From Botryllus schlosseri (taxonomy: Eukaryota), in the NCBI GenBank assembly GCA_051294905.1, contig CM119371.1, positions 9,052,001 through 9,116,000 of the forward strand: a DNA stretch of 64,000 nucleotides, in the 5' to 3' direction. The notes under the pieces are model-generated. The model was not told where the DNA came from and did no database searches. It saw only the letters and a program-made list of their open reading frames with translations. A program made the translations under genes and the position numbers. Position 1 is the first letter of the stretch; each line of letters begins with the position of its first letter. Below are positions 1 through 11,700 of the stretch, piece after piece.

Positions 1-137
1 AATAGACGCATGGGCGTTTGAAGCAGAGTTAATTGCATCAACACTGCACTCATGCAAAAGGTAGCAATCACATGTATGAACTGTCTCAGTCGTGGCACTA
101 GGCATTGAAATAGGTCTGCTGCTTGAGCGTTCGTTAC

Positions 138-285
138 CTTCATCGTACATGGCATAGGCTTGAAACGGTACTGTTGTAGTAATTGGTTGCGTAGGTGCGA
201 ACACAGGCTGTTGCTTTTCATCAACGCCAACAGCAGCCGACGGCGGCGGCGGCTGTGTAGGATATCCTGCCTGTCTCGGATACAT
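138..285 (-). CDS. First coding exon of a Pro-rich protein (MYPRQAGYPTQPPPPSAAVGVDEKQQPVFAPTQPITTTVPFQAYAMYDE); the rest of the gene lies beyond the left edge of the window
   Basis: ATG at 285, 49 open codons + 1 nt, then donor GAAG|GTAACG (intron starts at 137, phase 1). Upstream acceptor TTTTCAG at 331-330. GC-rich, CCG-rich island in AT-rich flank. Too short for the ORF track. Confidence 0.65.
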
Positions 286-642
286 ATCCGCGTAAGAGTA
301 GATATAGATGATATATTTACTAATAGCTTCTGAAAAGCAACACTAGATTGAATACGTGACTGTTCTAAACAATGTACACTGTACACTACATATTCGCTAT
401 AACTACTTGTGCTACACATAATCATTTTAGTTGCGCCTGTATTCGTCAGAATGCGATAGCTCTCCGACCTCCATCGTTCGTTGTATTATCGAGTAATCTT
501 ACCAACCGCTTGCTAGTTCAGCTGGACAGTAATATCACGGCATCGCCTATCAGTGGTTTTAAAACGTCTTGCGATATAGTAAAGGAGAAAATGCTTCTCG
601 AGTCGTGAACTGAAAATCAAAAGCCCGTTGTAAATACAACAG

Positions 643-735
643 TCAATCCATTTTGAATCGCAGGCAGTCCGACATATTTCGTTGTTGTTCAATCCATTTT
701 GAATCGCAGGCAGTCCGACATATTTCGTTGTTGTT
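643..735. repeat. Perfect 46-bp tandem duplication
   Basis: TCAATCCATTTTGAATCGCAGGCAGTCCGACATATTTCGTTGTTGT occurs at 643 and again at 689. Confidence 0.95.
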
Positions 736-1522
736 GGATGGGTGCCTGGAGCAACGCGATCTATCAGGGGCAATAGAGGCCTTGCGACATTGCGAGTGGG
801 CTGACGAAACCAATTTTCCAACGGATATCTGCTCTCAGCACTCATTCAAAGACAGCAATTTAGTAAATGTGGATTAATTACTTGAAAAGATGTTTTACAA
901 GGTTTCAGCATATTCTCTAGACCTGAGAATCTGACAATGAATGTTATCCTCGACACCACATGCTCGAATACGCACATTGCGAATGCTCATTGATCACATG
1001 CTCCAATTATGGAGATAACGCGAAACGATAACTTCATATTGTTAATTTATTCGTTAAAAGCTTTTCGGAGATGGAGATTGAGATGCAACACAAGCTGCCC
1101 CACTTTTACTGATATACCTCGCACGTATGACGTTTGGTTTTATAATATTATGTACATTACAGTGATTCGCTAACTTGCAATTTTTTGTAAGTGGGCGAAA
1201 TCAGGTGGCGTGACCTCTATTCGCGCGATTCTCTAAGCTGAAAACGGCTACTTGAAAATTCACCTTACTATATGTTGGAATCATGCTTTCGTGAATCTCA
1301 CACAATTGTTGAGCTCAGTACTTGAGTAGCCTTGCTCAATGCAATCGCTGTTTTAAGTACACGCAAATAAAACATAATCAACACTCATTCACAATCATAT
1401 GCAAATACTGAGATAGGTAACCCTGATACTACATAAGCATAGGATTAGGGTGTCGCACTTAATAGTCAGAAATCAGCTGGAATCGACCATCGATTTTCAC
1501 TTTTGTAAATTCCCACCATAGT

Positions 1523-1870
1523 CAGCGGTTTTAAACAAAGGCCTTAAAAATAAGTTTTAAAATTATGCCATAATTATGTAAATACTTTCCAAAAACATTT
1601 GCATGATGCTACAGACGATTACGACCCGATAAAGCCCACGTATACGATATGGGATGATTGGAACCCTCAAAATAGTCGGTTCAACAGCTATAGCACGTAG
1701 ATACTTCGCCAAGGGAGCTATATTTACTTTGTATTTACGATTGCCAATGTCTATCAAATATGACGTCACAACTGAATATTCGTGACTTCACGGCTTAAAA
1801 AAACAATGAAACAACATGTTTTAAACCTGGGCCTTGTTTTAAACATCTTTGTTTTAAATTGATTTATGTT
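1523..1870. mobile_element. MITE family F (GTTTTAAAC-rich ends), copy 1
   Basis: Core ...GATATGGGATGATTGGAACCCTCAAAATAGTCGGTTCAACAGCTATAG... shared with 5090-5390 (same orientation) and 7288-8280 (inverted). Boundaries approximate. Confidence 0.75.
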
Positions 1871-3149
1871 CGAAATGAAACCTTAGCGACAGCAACGACT
1901 ACATACGCGACCGACCAATCGTATATTATTTTTGTCTATAGCTAAGCGAAGCTTGGCAATATGAGACCGCAGAATTTTTACCTACAACTCATAATAACAA
2001 AACGACTGATATCCTAGCAACTGCTCAAGTACTTTGACAGGAACTAAAATAACTACGATGCTTTCCAATAAGTGTCAAGATACCGTATTGACTCCTCTTG
2101 ATTCTGTTTATCAAGTTAGCGCAAAATTGAGCTAACATTCGTCTACCACAACGTTAACGGCCCGCAAATATAGCTTGTCTCGACATGAAGCAAACCGCAT
2201 TCACTATCATGATTGATACTGACACGCTCAACTACGCAACAACTCAAATGAATCAGATGCGGAATAGATATGACGTCATTCGAACGTACAGCCGATCACG
2301 TATTCGATTTATACGCTGACGCTGGTCAGCGTCATCCTACAATATTATGGCCAGAGGTTAATGATAATGACTATGTATGCATATTGCATATATGTGTACA
2401 GACACAGGGATGGTGTGACGTGACGATAAGAAAAGTACTCAAGTATAGGTAATTTCGAAAAGCATTTGGTCGAGGGGTTGCCCACTTTTGGCCGCTAATC
2501 GTAGGTGGTCACTTGCGAAATACATTCTCGCGATTAACACAAAATGACATCACAAATAGATGCAGTCTTCGATATATATTCAGTTACCACTATGCACACT
2601 GGTACGAGTGGAAATTCCTATTTCAGTAACAGGAACAGTAAGATTAGGCCTGGCATTGAAACAGAGACGGATTAAATTACAGGTACATTTTCCTCGTCAG
2701 ATGTCATTCCTGTCATTGCGTGTAATTTCGAAGTGGAAAAATATAGCCGTATACCTATATCATATCTGACATAATGCTCTGGAGCAGATATACCCGGGTA
2801 GGCTCCACGCTTTAATAATTACAATTTTGAGATAATCGCAACTTCGCAAGACCTCCCAGCAAACTTTACCCACTAAGCTTCATTGATCCGATAGTCTCTC
2901 TGTGACCGACATGAAGAATGTACTGCGACATCTGTGTAATACTATTTGGTGCCTGGTCGGTTAGGCACCTTAGTCCCTACACATCAGAGAATGCACCCAT
3001 TCATGTAATATATAAATAGCACACAAATATGGATTTATATTAAATATTGTGTTTATTCCAGTGATGAAGTTAGGAGAATCCTTCGGTAATAAAGGAAACC
3101 GTTTATATTATATATATATCCATTGTAAATACAACAAGATACACGCAGT

Positions 3150-3620
3150 GTGTAAAATATAATGTAATTCCATCATTCGGATTTTGCATCAATATCTTTA
3201 GTTTCCATGTTATTGGTCGCCGATTTAATCCAACATAAGGACAATGCGTGGCCAATTTACCGATGGGAATCGTGCATTCTACCAATATCCAACATGGCGT
3301 AGTGTGCACTTCAGGTCCGATTAGCGACATTTCCTAGTCCCCTTTCTCTTTCACGCCCATTCCAGTTTGCAAGATCAATCTTGGTACACCGATTCATAAG
3401 CTTTAGTACTTTTCATATCTTATTATCTACTTCTACTTGAGCAGTATTGACACTTCTTTGAAATGCCACATCTATACCAGCAATTGAAAATATTTTCACG
3501 GCAATCTTTCCCTTGATTTACAACGAAGAGTTCTTTGGCCACCTATTTCAATCACCCATAGCGACAAATAAATCGATCAATAAATAGGAACAACCAAGAC
3601 ACTTAAAAGTAATTGGATAT
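3150..3620 (-). mobile_element. Possible highly decayed Penelope-like GIY-YIG endonuclease relic
   Basis: Minus-strand frames with stops and shifts read KIAVKIFSIAGIDVAFQRS and VYQD*SCK...GTRKCR*SDLK, resembling PLE 'RIFKKHGIDVAF' and 'VYQISC..YIGET.R.L..R..EH'. By-eye only. Confidence 0.3.
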
Positions 3621-3829
3621 AATTAGGGAAATCTCACTAACCAAAATTTGAGTAATCTAGTATATGAAAATATTAACTTGAAGTATTGCACGATCACGCA
3701 AGCAAATCAAATTTCATCTAAGACAAGAGTTACGTGTTCACTTCTAAAAACCGCATGACAGGCTGGGAATTCCGCATCATCTTGCTCTTTGCTAATGCGG
3801 ATTGCGCTTGTCAACCACCCAAGCAAATA

Positions 3830-3910
3830 ACAGCTGTTCACAATGTAACGTTCGGAATTTCCCGTTTAATACAGCTGTCCACAGTGTAGCGTTCAGAATT
3901 TCCCGCTTAC
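3830..3910. repeat. 41-bp tandem duplication in the putative 3' UTR of the 2-TM gene
   Basis: ACAGCTGTTCACAATGTAACGTTCGGAATTTCCCG (3830) vs ACAGCTGTCCACAGTGTAGCGTTCAGAATTTCCCG (3871). Confidence 0.85.
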
Positions 3911-3962
3911 AAACTGCCTGTGGCTGGTATGACATCGCAAGAACAGCAATCGAACTTGAAAC

Positions 3963-4282
3963 TCAAGCGATCGGTAGACTGGCCTTGTTTCTATCCACGA
4001 AGAGTCGGTTTCGACTCTGTTGCTTCAACCGCTTTTCCTTGCAACGTTTCACCTTTTTAGACAGGTACACGGCCATGATGCAGAGGAATATGGAAGTAAA
4101 CATCAATACCGCTCCCAGTCCCAACAACGTAATCCCTATGGCATAGTGGGTGTCGTCTAATGCGACTTGTACGCCTCCGAAAATCATGATGCTGAATCCG
4201 ATGAAACCGATAGGTATGGCTCCCTTTATGGCGCAACGCAGCATGACCTCTTTCTTTGTCGTCTTAGTCTCACATAACGGCT
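3963..4282 (-). CDS. Exon 2 (last coding exon) of a 147-aa two-pass membrane protein
   Basis: Acceptor TCATCTTTCTCCTTTCCAG at 4284-4283, phase 1. Encodes two hydrophobic helices (GAIPIGFIGFSIMIFGGVQVAL; AIGITLLGLGAVLMFTSIFLCIMAVYL), then a basic tail SKKVKRCKEKRLK. Stop at 3963. Part of track ORF 3963..4379. Confidence 0.8.
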
Positions 4283-5089
4283 CTGGAAAGGAGAAAGATG
4301 AAACATTATAGCTGTATCTGATAAAGACTCTTTCTAAGACAGCATAATCATAATCATAATTAGTTGTTTTATTAATCACATCGGTTCAACACAAACAGAT
4401 ATAGAATGCGATTCACATGACTGTAACGAAAAGATAGGAGGATATCGAAACGAACAACTATGATATCTTGATATAAAATCCAGCAACTGCATGGTATAGC
4501 TAGAGCATTATGTGTTATTGGCCGACATCTGACAGTGTCCGATCGTGTTCGATTTTGATCTTTCCCGCTGATTCATTGCATTCTACGTATAGGCCATTTC
4601 TTTTTTGATGTAATGGCCCCTCAACATCAGCCACACAGGAGAAGAAGAGCTCACAGATTAACCTCTGGTACTTCGAAACGTGCTTCCGCTGAGACTCAAA
4701 GCGGCACCGGCTTGTGCCGATGACCGCAACAACTTCCCCGTGGCGTTTAATAACGACCTACATCGGTTTTCAGTTGAGCAGATTTATTAGTAGAGCGGTT
4801 TTCATCACATGTCATATCCCGGCTACGCGATATCGTGAGCCACATTTCTTTTCGTTGCGAAATATACGCAGAGATTGTCAGAAACCAAACTATTCTACAT
4901 ATTAACCAGTACCCTACTCCCTTAGATAGTTCCCGATTGCACTACTTGTTCAAGTGTATGTGTTTGTAGACACTGTCAAATTCCATTTAATTGCGTTTCA
5001 GGTTCAACTACTTGATAAACTTGGGATTTTATAAAAAAAAAAGTATTTTGGGGCTATAATCGCAGCTAGGGTTGCATTTGAAACAAATG

Positions 5090-5390
5090 GTTGTTTAAAA
5101 CACTCTGTTTAAAACATGTTTTGAACAGTGTTTCAAACAAACGCCTTTTAAAAAAACGTGTTTTTTAAGTTGTAAAATTATGCCATAATAATGTAAATAT
5201 ATGCTGTATGAGCATACGGACATTCGAACAATTACCACTCGATTTAGCCGACGGACACGATATGGAATGGTTAGAACCCTCAAAATGGTCGGTTGAGCAA
5301 CTATATAACTCGTAGATATTTCGTCAAAAGAGCTATATTCACCCTATATTTTCATTTGTCAACGTCAATCCGTAATGACGTATACCAATT
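5090..5390. mobile_element. MITE family F, copy 2 (intronic)
   Basis: Homologous to 1523-1870 (AAAATTATGCCATAAT...GAACCCTCAAAATGGTCGGTTG); repeated GTTTAAAAC motifs at the end. Confidence 0.75.
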
Positions 5391-7287
5391 GGTTATTTCA
5401 CTTTTACTTGCTTACAAACGCTGACTACTTTGATCCCTCTGAATAGACCTCAATTTGTCAGCATACAAACCCCAATTAGGGTTAAGCGGTGGTGACAACC
5501 TTTTTTAGTGAGCAGGCTGGAACAACGGAAAGATTTCGCTACCCCCAAATATAGTGCAGGCTGATGGATAGTATTGTCGGCACCCGGAAATTAGATTACA
5601 CGCATCGCACATTCGCACCTCAATCGCTAAATAACTGGTTCGGTAGGCGACCTTAGACCGACCAATGAAGTCACTGATGTCACCAGAACGCTGCTGTCGG
5701 ATGCTCCAATGGCATCACGCTCACCCTTCATCCATCAGCGCAGGGCAAAGCAATTACGAGAAATTAGGACTTAGAAACCAAGTACCACTCCAGATGTTGA
5801 ATTGTGTGCTGGCCTATTTACATTTAGCACGTTCAACGGGGATCCTACAAGTTGTCCTAACTGAAGCAATCAGTCTTGAGCGGCTTCCGGAGAAATGTAC
5901 ATTACGTAAATAATAATTTAATGTGCTGCAAAGAACATTAATAAGTCAGTGTATTATGCAGTGTCATAGGAGATCCTAGTGCACACTTGCGCAGTGTTGT
6001 TCGGCAGTGGAATGCGAATGACCGATGTGTAGGCCTGGTGCTTAATGGCAGTACGTGCTGAAACGACTGGTTATCGAAAGCACCAACAACCCATATGCTG
6101 ACACGAAATACCAATAAAAGATTTGCATTAATTTCGGGTAATTGCTGATGTCGTAATGTCCATTGTCCATCGGGTCCCTTTAATATCAAATCAAATGATA
6201 TATGAGTATCACCGGTTACATTAACATTGGGTGGGCTTAATGTTTTGTCATTGAGTTAAGAGGTTGTGATTGACTGCTTCCCGTAACTACAAGTTGTCGG
6301 GCTTGATGGATCAGATCAATAGCTCAGATGTCTGCTAAACATTGGAGCGACGACACATGCAGCCCTCGACTCTCGCCTCTCGCTACTCGACGCGAGTAAT
6401 TACAATTGATTCTTAATCTGGATTCTAGTATACTCGCGTCTTCCTAACAGCATGAATACAACGCATTTCTCCTTTAATAGTATCACATTCCTAAGGTGAT
6501 AGGAGAAGTAACATGGAATCGCGATTATGAATAGGCATCACCATGTTCGTTTCGGATTATCTGCCAGGGTGATATTGAAATCAATGTGACCGGATTAGTC
6601 ATTGATAGGAGGCTATGCCCAGAATATGCTCTCTTTATTGTCCAATGTCCATAGAAGGAGAAGTAGGCTACATCACCTATCAAGAGTAGGCGTTGCCTGA
6701 CGCCATCACATACCCATTACCTCGTGCCATCAGTAACGAAGTGCTTCTACTTATCTGAGTACTCCCAGTACTTAACTGAGTACTTAATAAGTCGGTTTTG
6801 CTCACTTGCCCCACACACTAGAGTGGTAATAGTACTTCAAGTTCTTAAAATTTTCCGGCAATACAACTTGCATCTTAGTTTTGGATTTTGTACAGTAGCA
6901 AGCAATTGAAGTATGTTTGTACAGCCTTCATGAGTGAAATTGTCATACCCACTGGGCAAAATTGCCCCTGTATCACGTTAACGGTATTTATTTCGAAGAT
7001 AGAGCTGCCCCCTGCAATCTACAAACTAGTCACCTTTAATTATCGGCTGAAAGTTAGACACACGCCGACCATCGATCAAATATACCCTTTGATACTTCCA
7101 GCATGATTACCGTTCATACCTAAATTATCTACTTTCGCTTGAAGTAGTTTTGACATATTCTACATATTTTTAGTGTTATCGATATTGATACTAAATTAAA
7201 AATTTACGTTCTACTTCTGTGACAACAATAACTATTGTGATCACCCTGCCCATAACCCAGGTGTCCCCAATACTTTTGACTGTGCAT

Positions 7288-8280
7288 TTAAAACAAAAGC
7301 TAATTTAAAACAAACATGTAGAAAACAAGGCTCTTGTTTAAAACAAGTTTTTATTGTTTTTTTTCTGTATTTTATTATACCATGACGTCACGAATATTCA
7401 ATTGTGATGTGATAGTGCAATGACATTGACAATTGAAAATATAGGGTAAATATAGCTCCTTTGACGAAATATATACGTACTATAGCTGTTCAACCGACCA
7501 TTTTGAGGGTTCCAACCATCCCATATCGTATACCTCGGGCATATCGGGTTGTAATTATCCATAGGCTCATGCAGCATGTTTTTGGAAAGTATTTACACAA
7601 TTAAGGCATGATTTTACTACTTGAAAATACCACAATTTTTTAGGGCTTTTGTTTAAAACACTGTTTAAAGCATGTTTTAAACAGGGTTGTAACCAAGTCA
7701 CAAGGCTCCGAGTCACAAGTCAATCCAACTTTTACAGCAGTTTTGACTCGAGTGAAGACGGGTGATTTTAAATTCACCAACAAGTCAAGTCCGAGTCCAA
7801 GTCAGCGAGCAGAGGGTCGAGTCCGAGTCATGGTATTATACCTCGAGTCCGAGTCCAAGTCATTGTGTTGACTGCTCAGTTTTCAGTTGAGGTCTTGCTA
7901 AACCCACGTTTTAGAACTATGTTTGGTGATACCGAACGGTTCGCATTTATAATATACTAATTTTCCTCACTTTTAGCAGTTTCTGGTCACATTATCAAGT
8001 ACCTGTACCACTAGACGAAATCCAAATAGTGTGGTCACTTTACTATTCTTTGGAATCACAATCAAATGTCGGTCTTGGCTGTCTGAATCTCGGAATCCTA
8101 TGACTTGGTTCGAGTCATGCGCAATGACTCGACTCCAAGTCGAGTCAATACACAAATTCACTCGAGTCGAGTCATTTCCGGATTTTGAGAAAATGACTCG
8201 AGTCAAGTCGAGTCATCAGAAAATCGTGACTCGAGTCATTACAACCCTGGTTTTATACAACCATTTGTTTTAAAACAAAC
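7288..8280. mobile_element. MITE family F, copy 3 (inverted), interrupted by a hAT MITE
   Basis: Reverse complement of the 1523/5090 core (CGACCATTTTGAGGGTTCCAACCATCCCATATCG); sequence resumes after the 7682-8249 insert. Confidence 0.75.
7682..8249. mobile_element. hAT MITE with CAGGGTTGTAA TIRs and GACTCGAGTC subterminal repeats
   Basis: TIR CAGGGTTGTAA / TTACAACCCTG; 8-bp TSD GTTTTAAA / GTTTTATA. Confidence 0.9.
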
Positions 8281-8518
8281 CTCACTTTCAATATATTGTC
8301 CATAACCACTGTCGTTGCAACATTATACACTATTTGCCACGTAACACTGCCTATACGTAAGAATTAGCCGTGAATTCCACACTGTCATATTAATATTGCA
8401 ATTCAGTTCCCTATTTGAGCTTCATTTAAATCCACATGCTAATACTTATTGCTCAAAAGGAGTATGATGGCGCAATAGGAACGTTAGGGCGTTACGATAT
8501 ATAGTCAGAAAGACATAC

Positions 8519-8642
8519 TTGCTGAGTCTGTGGATGATGCATGGCTAGATGACGACCCAGGGCGAGCCGCGAACATAGACGCTTGCACCTGCTGAGGCGT
8601 TATTGGTCGTACAGGCTCCGCGGTCCTTGGGGCGGCATACAT
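8519..8642 (-). CDS. Exon 1 of the 147-aa two-pass membrane protein (MYAAPRTAEPVRPITPQQVQASMFAARPGSSSSHASSTDSA)
   Basis: ATG at 8642, 41 codons + 1 nt, donor GCAA|GTATGT (phase 1). Joins in frame to exon 4282-3963 (A+AG = Lys). Upstream acceptor TTAG at 8661-8660. Confidence 0.7.
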
Positions 8643-9887
8643 CGCCGACGCCGTTACAGCTAAGTCGTATAGAGTATAGTGGTCTGTGATTGATGGTTAA
8701 GAAAGAAAACATGTCATAAACTTTAATCGACTGCCATTCTGATCATACAGTGTTGGAATTTCAAAAACTAGAACGTACGTTCCATATCAACGCCCAACAA
8801 ATAAGCACCTATACATGTTGTTGCAATTTGCAATATGCATAGGATACTGAAACTCGCAGCTGAATCCATCCATACATTTCGACGATATGTTTCTTTTCAT
8901 TTCATGAATATGCCGAGCGACTGATGTCATATATTTTATGTCCTGACCTAATAAGACTATTCTGAAGAATTTATACTGATGTGGTGATGTGGTGGATCAT
9001 CTGTTCCAGCTCTTTGATAACAGTCCGATAACGCCTCAAAAATTCTTTCACGACACAGTAACCCCGAGGATAATGCAATTTGATGAGCATGTATCAGTAA
9101 ATAGAGCATAATTGCCAAAGGGGAGCTTGTAATTTGGATATTATACATATAATTCTCATACGAGATTGGAATCCTATATATTTTGATCAGATACCTGAAC
9201 GCAACATTCAAAACGCCAGATTATGGCATCAAATCGAAGCATCAAATACGGTATGTCATCTAGTCCAATGCTTTCCAACCATTGTCAGTTCGCGACCCAC
9301 TTTTCATCCAGGTTTGATTGTACAACCTACCATGAGATATGACAAACGATTGAAAGCGGCCCACTCCGCTTTGGGAATCAATGACCTAGTTGACCTTGGT
9401 GGGAAGATATCTTATCACTCAGGAAAATACGACCTGGCTTCGGAAATGATATTAACACGCCCCTGTTATTCTGGGAGTACTGTACGCGTAATGCAACAAC
9501 AACATTTTGTTGCTGAAGGGCAAGAAGTTTTGATAACATTTGAAGAATTCGCGTTTAAACAATTTAATCTATGCAAATGTTTCAGGTAACGAAAGCGTCT
9601 ATGGAAACCGTCGCCGCCATTCAAATAGCAACGCGTCGTCGCATTGTGTTTCGATTTTCCATGACATACTTGGTGAAAGAAAAGCCTGTCCTTTTGACGG
9701 AATTAATCTTAAATTGAAGGTTAACAACATATTCCAAAATTGCAACCATCTACCGTACAAAAATTCCCAATTGAAACGACTTTTACCTTTTCTTTTTTCT
9801 CATCGAGTATGTTGTAGTTTATCAACCATCCTTCACCTATGTATAGTTGTATACACGACACAGTTTGAAGAATGTAGATGGCTCCTC

Positions 9888-10873
9888 TAGGGATGGTGTG
9901 AACCTCTGAAAGGTTCAGGTTCGTGCGGACGCGAACCTTTTTGAAAGGTTCTGTGTGAACCCGAACGTGAACCTCATGACGTCACGTGACGTCGTATTGC
10001 TAAGTCCATCCCTACATTTCAGTGAAGTGGTAGCCTCTATTGATGTATACGATACCTAGCGACAACATGCCACAATGCTGCAGTACATATTGACGCTATA
10101 AACGTCGCCAAATGTATCAACTGGGAGAATCAAATAATATAATAATCCCATAGAATCAATATCTTCCGCAACAATGTCGACCATGACTTATAAGGGCTTA
10201 CGCCTCAACGGTCTAGGCCAGACCGGACAATGTATTCGGCGACTGAGTATATTGCTACGTTGATATTGAGTAGAGTGTAAAACGGATTTCCTTCTATACT
10301 TGCTGCCGACATTACGCCCATTAACAAGGTATACAGCTGCAGCCAACACTCCAATCGCACAGATATGGTTTTTATGATACAATAAACATATGAAGTCAAG
10401 ATTAACCCCGGACACCGGCTAGATTTTTTACATCAGACAACGATATCAATTTCATTGATTGGTTGAATAAGCATCATTCGCTGACTACACGTCGTGCATT
10501 TCGCTCTTGATGTTGTGTGATTGCGGGTCAAGCTCACAACACAGAGTCACTAAATATTCACAAACGGAAAGCTGGATATTTCGAGAAAACGTTTGTAACA
10601 AAAAAAGCAAGTAAATATTTTCAGATTGTCAAGGTGCATGCTCGTTTAGTGCTGATTTTTTATGCTGCCAGCGCCTCAAATAGAATGGCCCGCAGTTGCA
10701 ATGTAATAAATTTCAACCAAAGACGTTATAATGAAGTGAAAATTGTAATATATGGAAAAGGTTCACAGTGCAGAACCTACCAAGGATCGTTTGTGAACGT
10801 GAACCTGTAAATTTCCGAGGTTCACACACAGAACGCGAACGTGAACCTCAACCTCACGTTCACACCATCCCTA
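9888..10873. mobile_element. hAT MITE family A, copy 1 (about 985 bp)
   Basis: 16-bp TIR TAGGGATGGTGTGAAC; subterminal GAACCT/AGGTTC repeats; TSD GCTCCT-C / GCTCCTAC. Confidence 0.9.
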
Positions 10874-11700
10874 GCTCCTACAGCCTTAGGAAAGGGTTCA
10901 TACGCGAACTAATATCAAATTCGCGAAATACAAAACCCGACTCTTTATGACCCGTAAACAATACAACGTATTTTCATATTTTTCAGAAAGGGTGTAGCTT
11001 ATGTAAAGATTACTATATTTCACAAGGCATGGCGGAAACAGGACTCAGAATTAAAGGTGCTAAGAAAGTTTGCACTGCTAAGAAAAATCCACCATTTTTA
11101 TGTATATGTATATAACTGCTGTCTGTGCTCAAAAGAGCGAGTGATAAAATTGGATTTGTCACAATAACGTCGTAGTCGAAAATTGAAATATCTTATGTGT
11201 CTACATTTTTTGTGGCAATTTCATTCATATACCACACGATAGGCATTTGGAAAACTTGGTCACATTCATGTGAACGGAAAGTTCGAATATTAATATGCGC
11301 AAAACACTATCCCGCAACACAAATATGTAGAAAGAATATCTTTACAGCTGGATTACAAATGAGCTATGATTTTTACTTTGAATTCGCCCATCCCATCTTA
11401 TTCAGCACTGTCGGAGGCGAACATAAACCATACAACGATCACAGCCTACTCTGCCAATTACCGACGTATAGGCCTATCTTGATTGCTAACTTGACAACCA
11501 TTAATCAACTCTATATTACCGTTTATCAATTTGATGAGGTGTGGTAATTAATTGGCATCTGTGATATCACATATACTTCACAGTTGTGACTTTCGTGACA
11601 GATATTCTGTAGACTGTATCTCAATCACCCGCTGCACAGCCACAAACGTAACAATAGTAGTTTGTAACATTCGTTGGTTGATTTACTGCTGCATACGGAT

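Noticed and set aside
5938-6189. ORF with FDNQSFQ...LGSPM, superficially Penelope RT-like
   Set aside because: Motif spacing is wrong and no YxDD region follows.
9134-9589. 151-aa plus-strand ORF
   Set aside because: Starts at TTG, has no recognisable motif and no consistent exon partner; treated as a chance ORF pending expression data.
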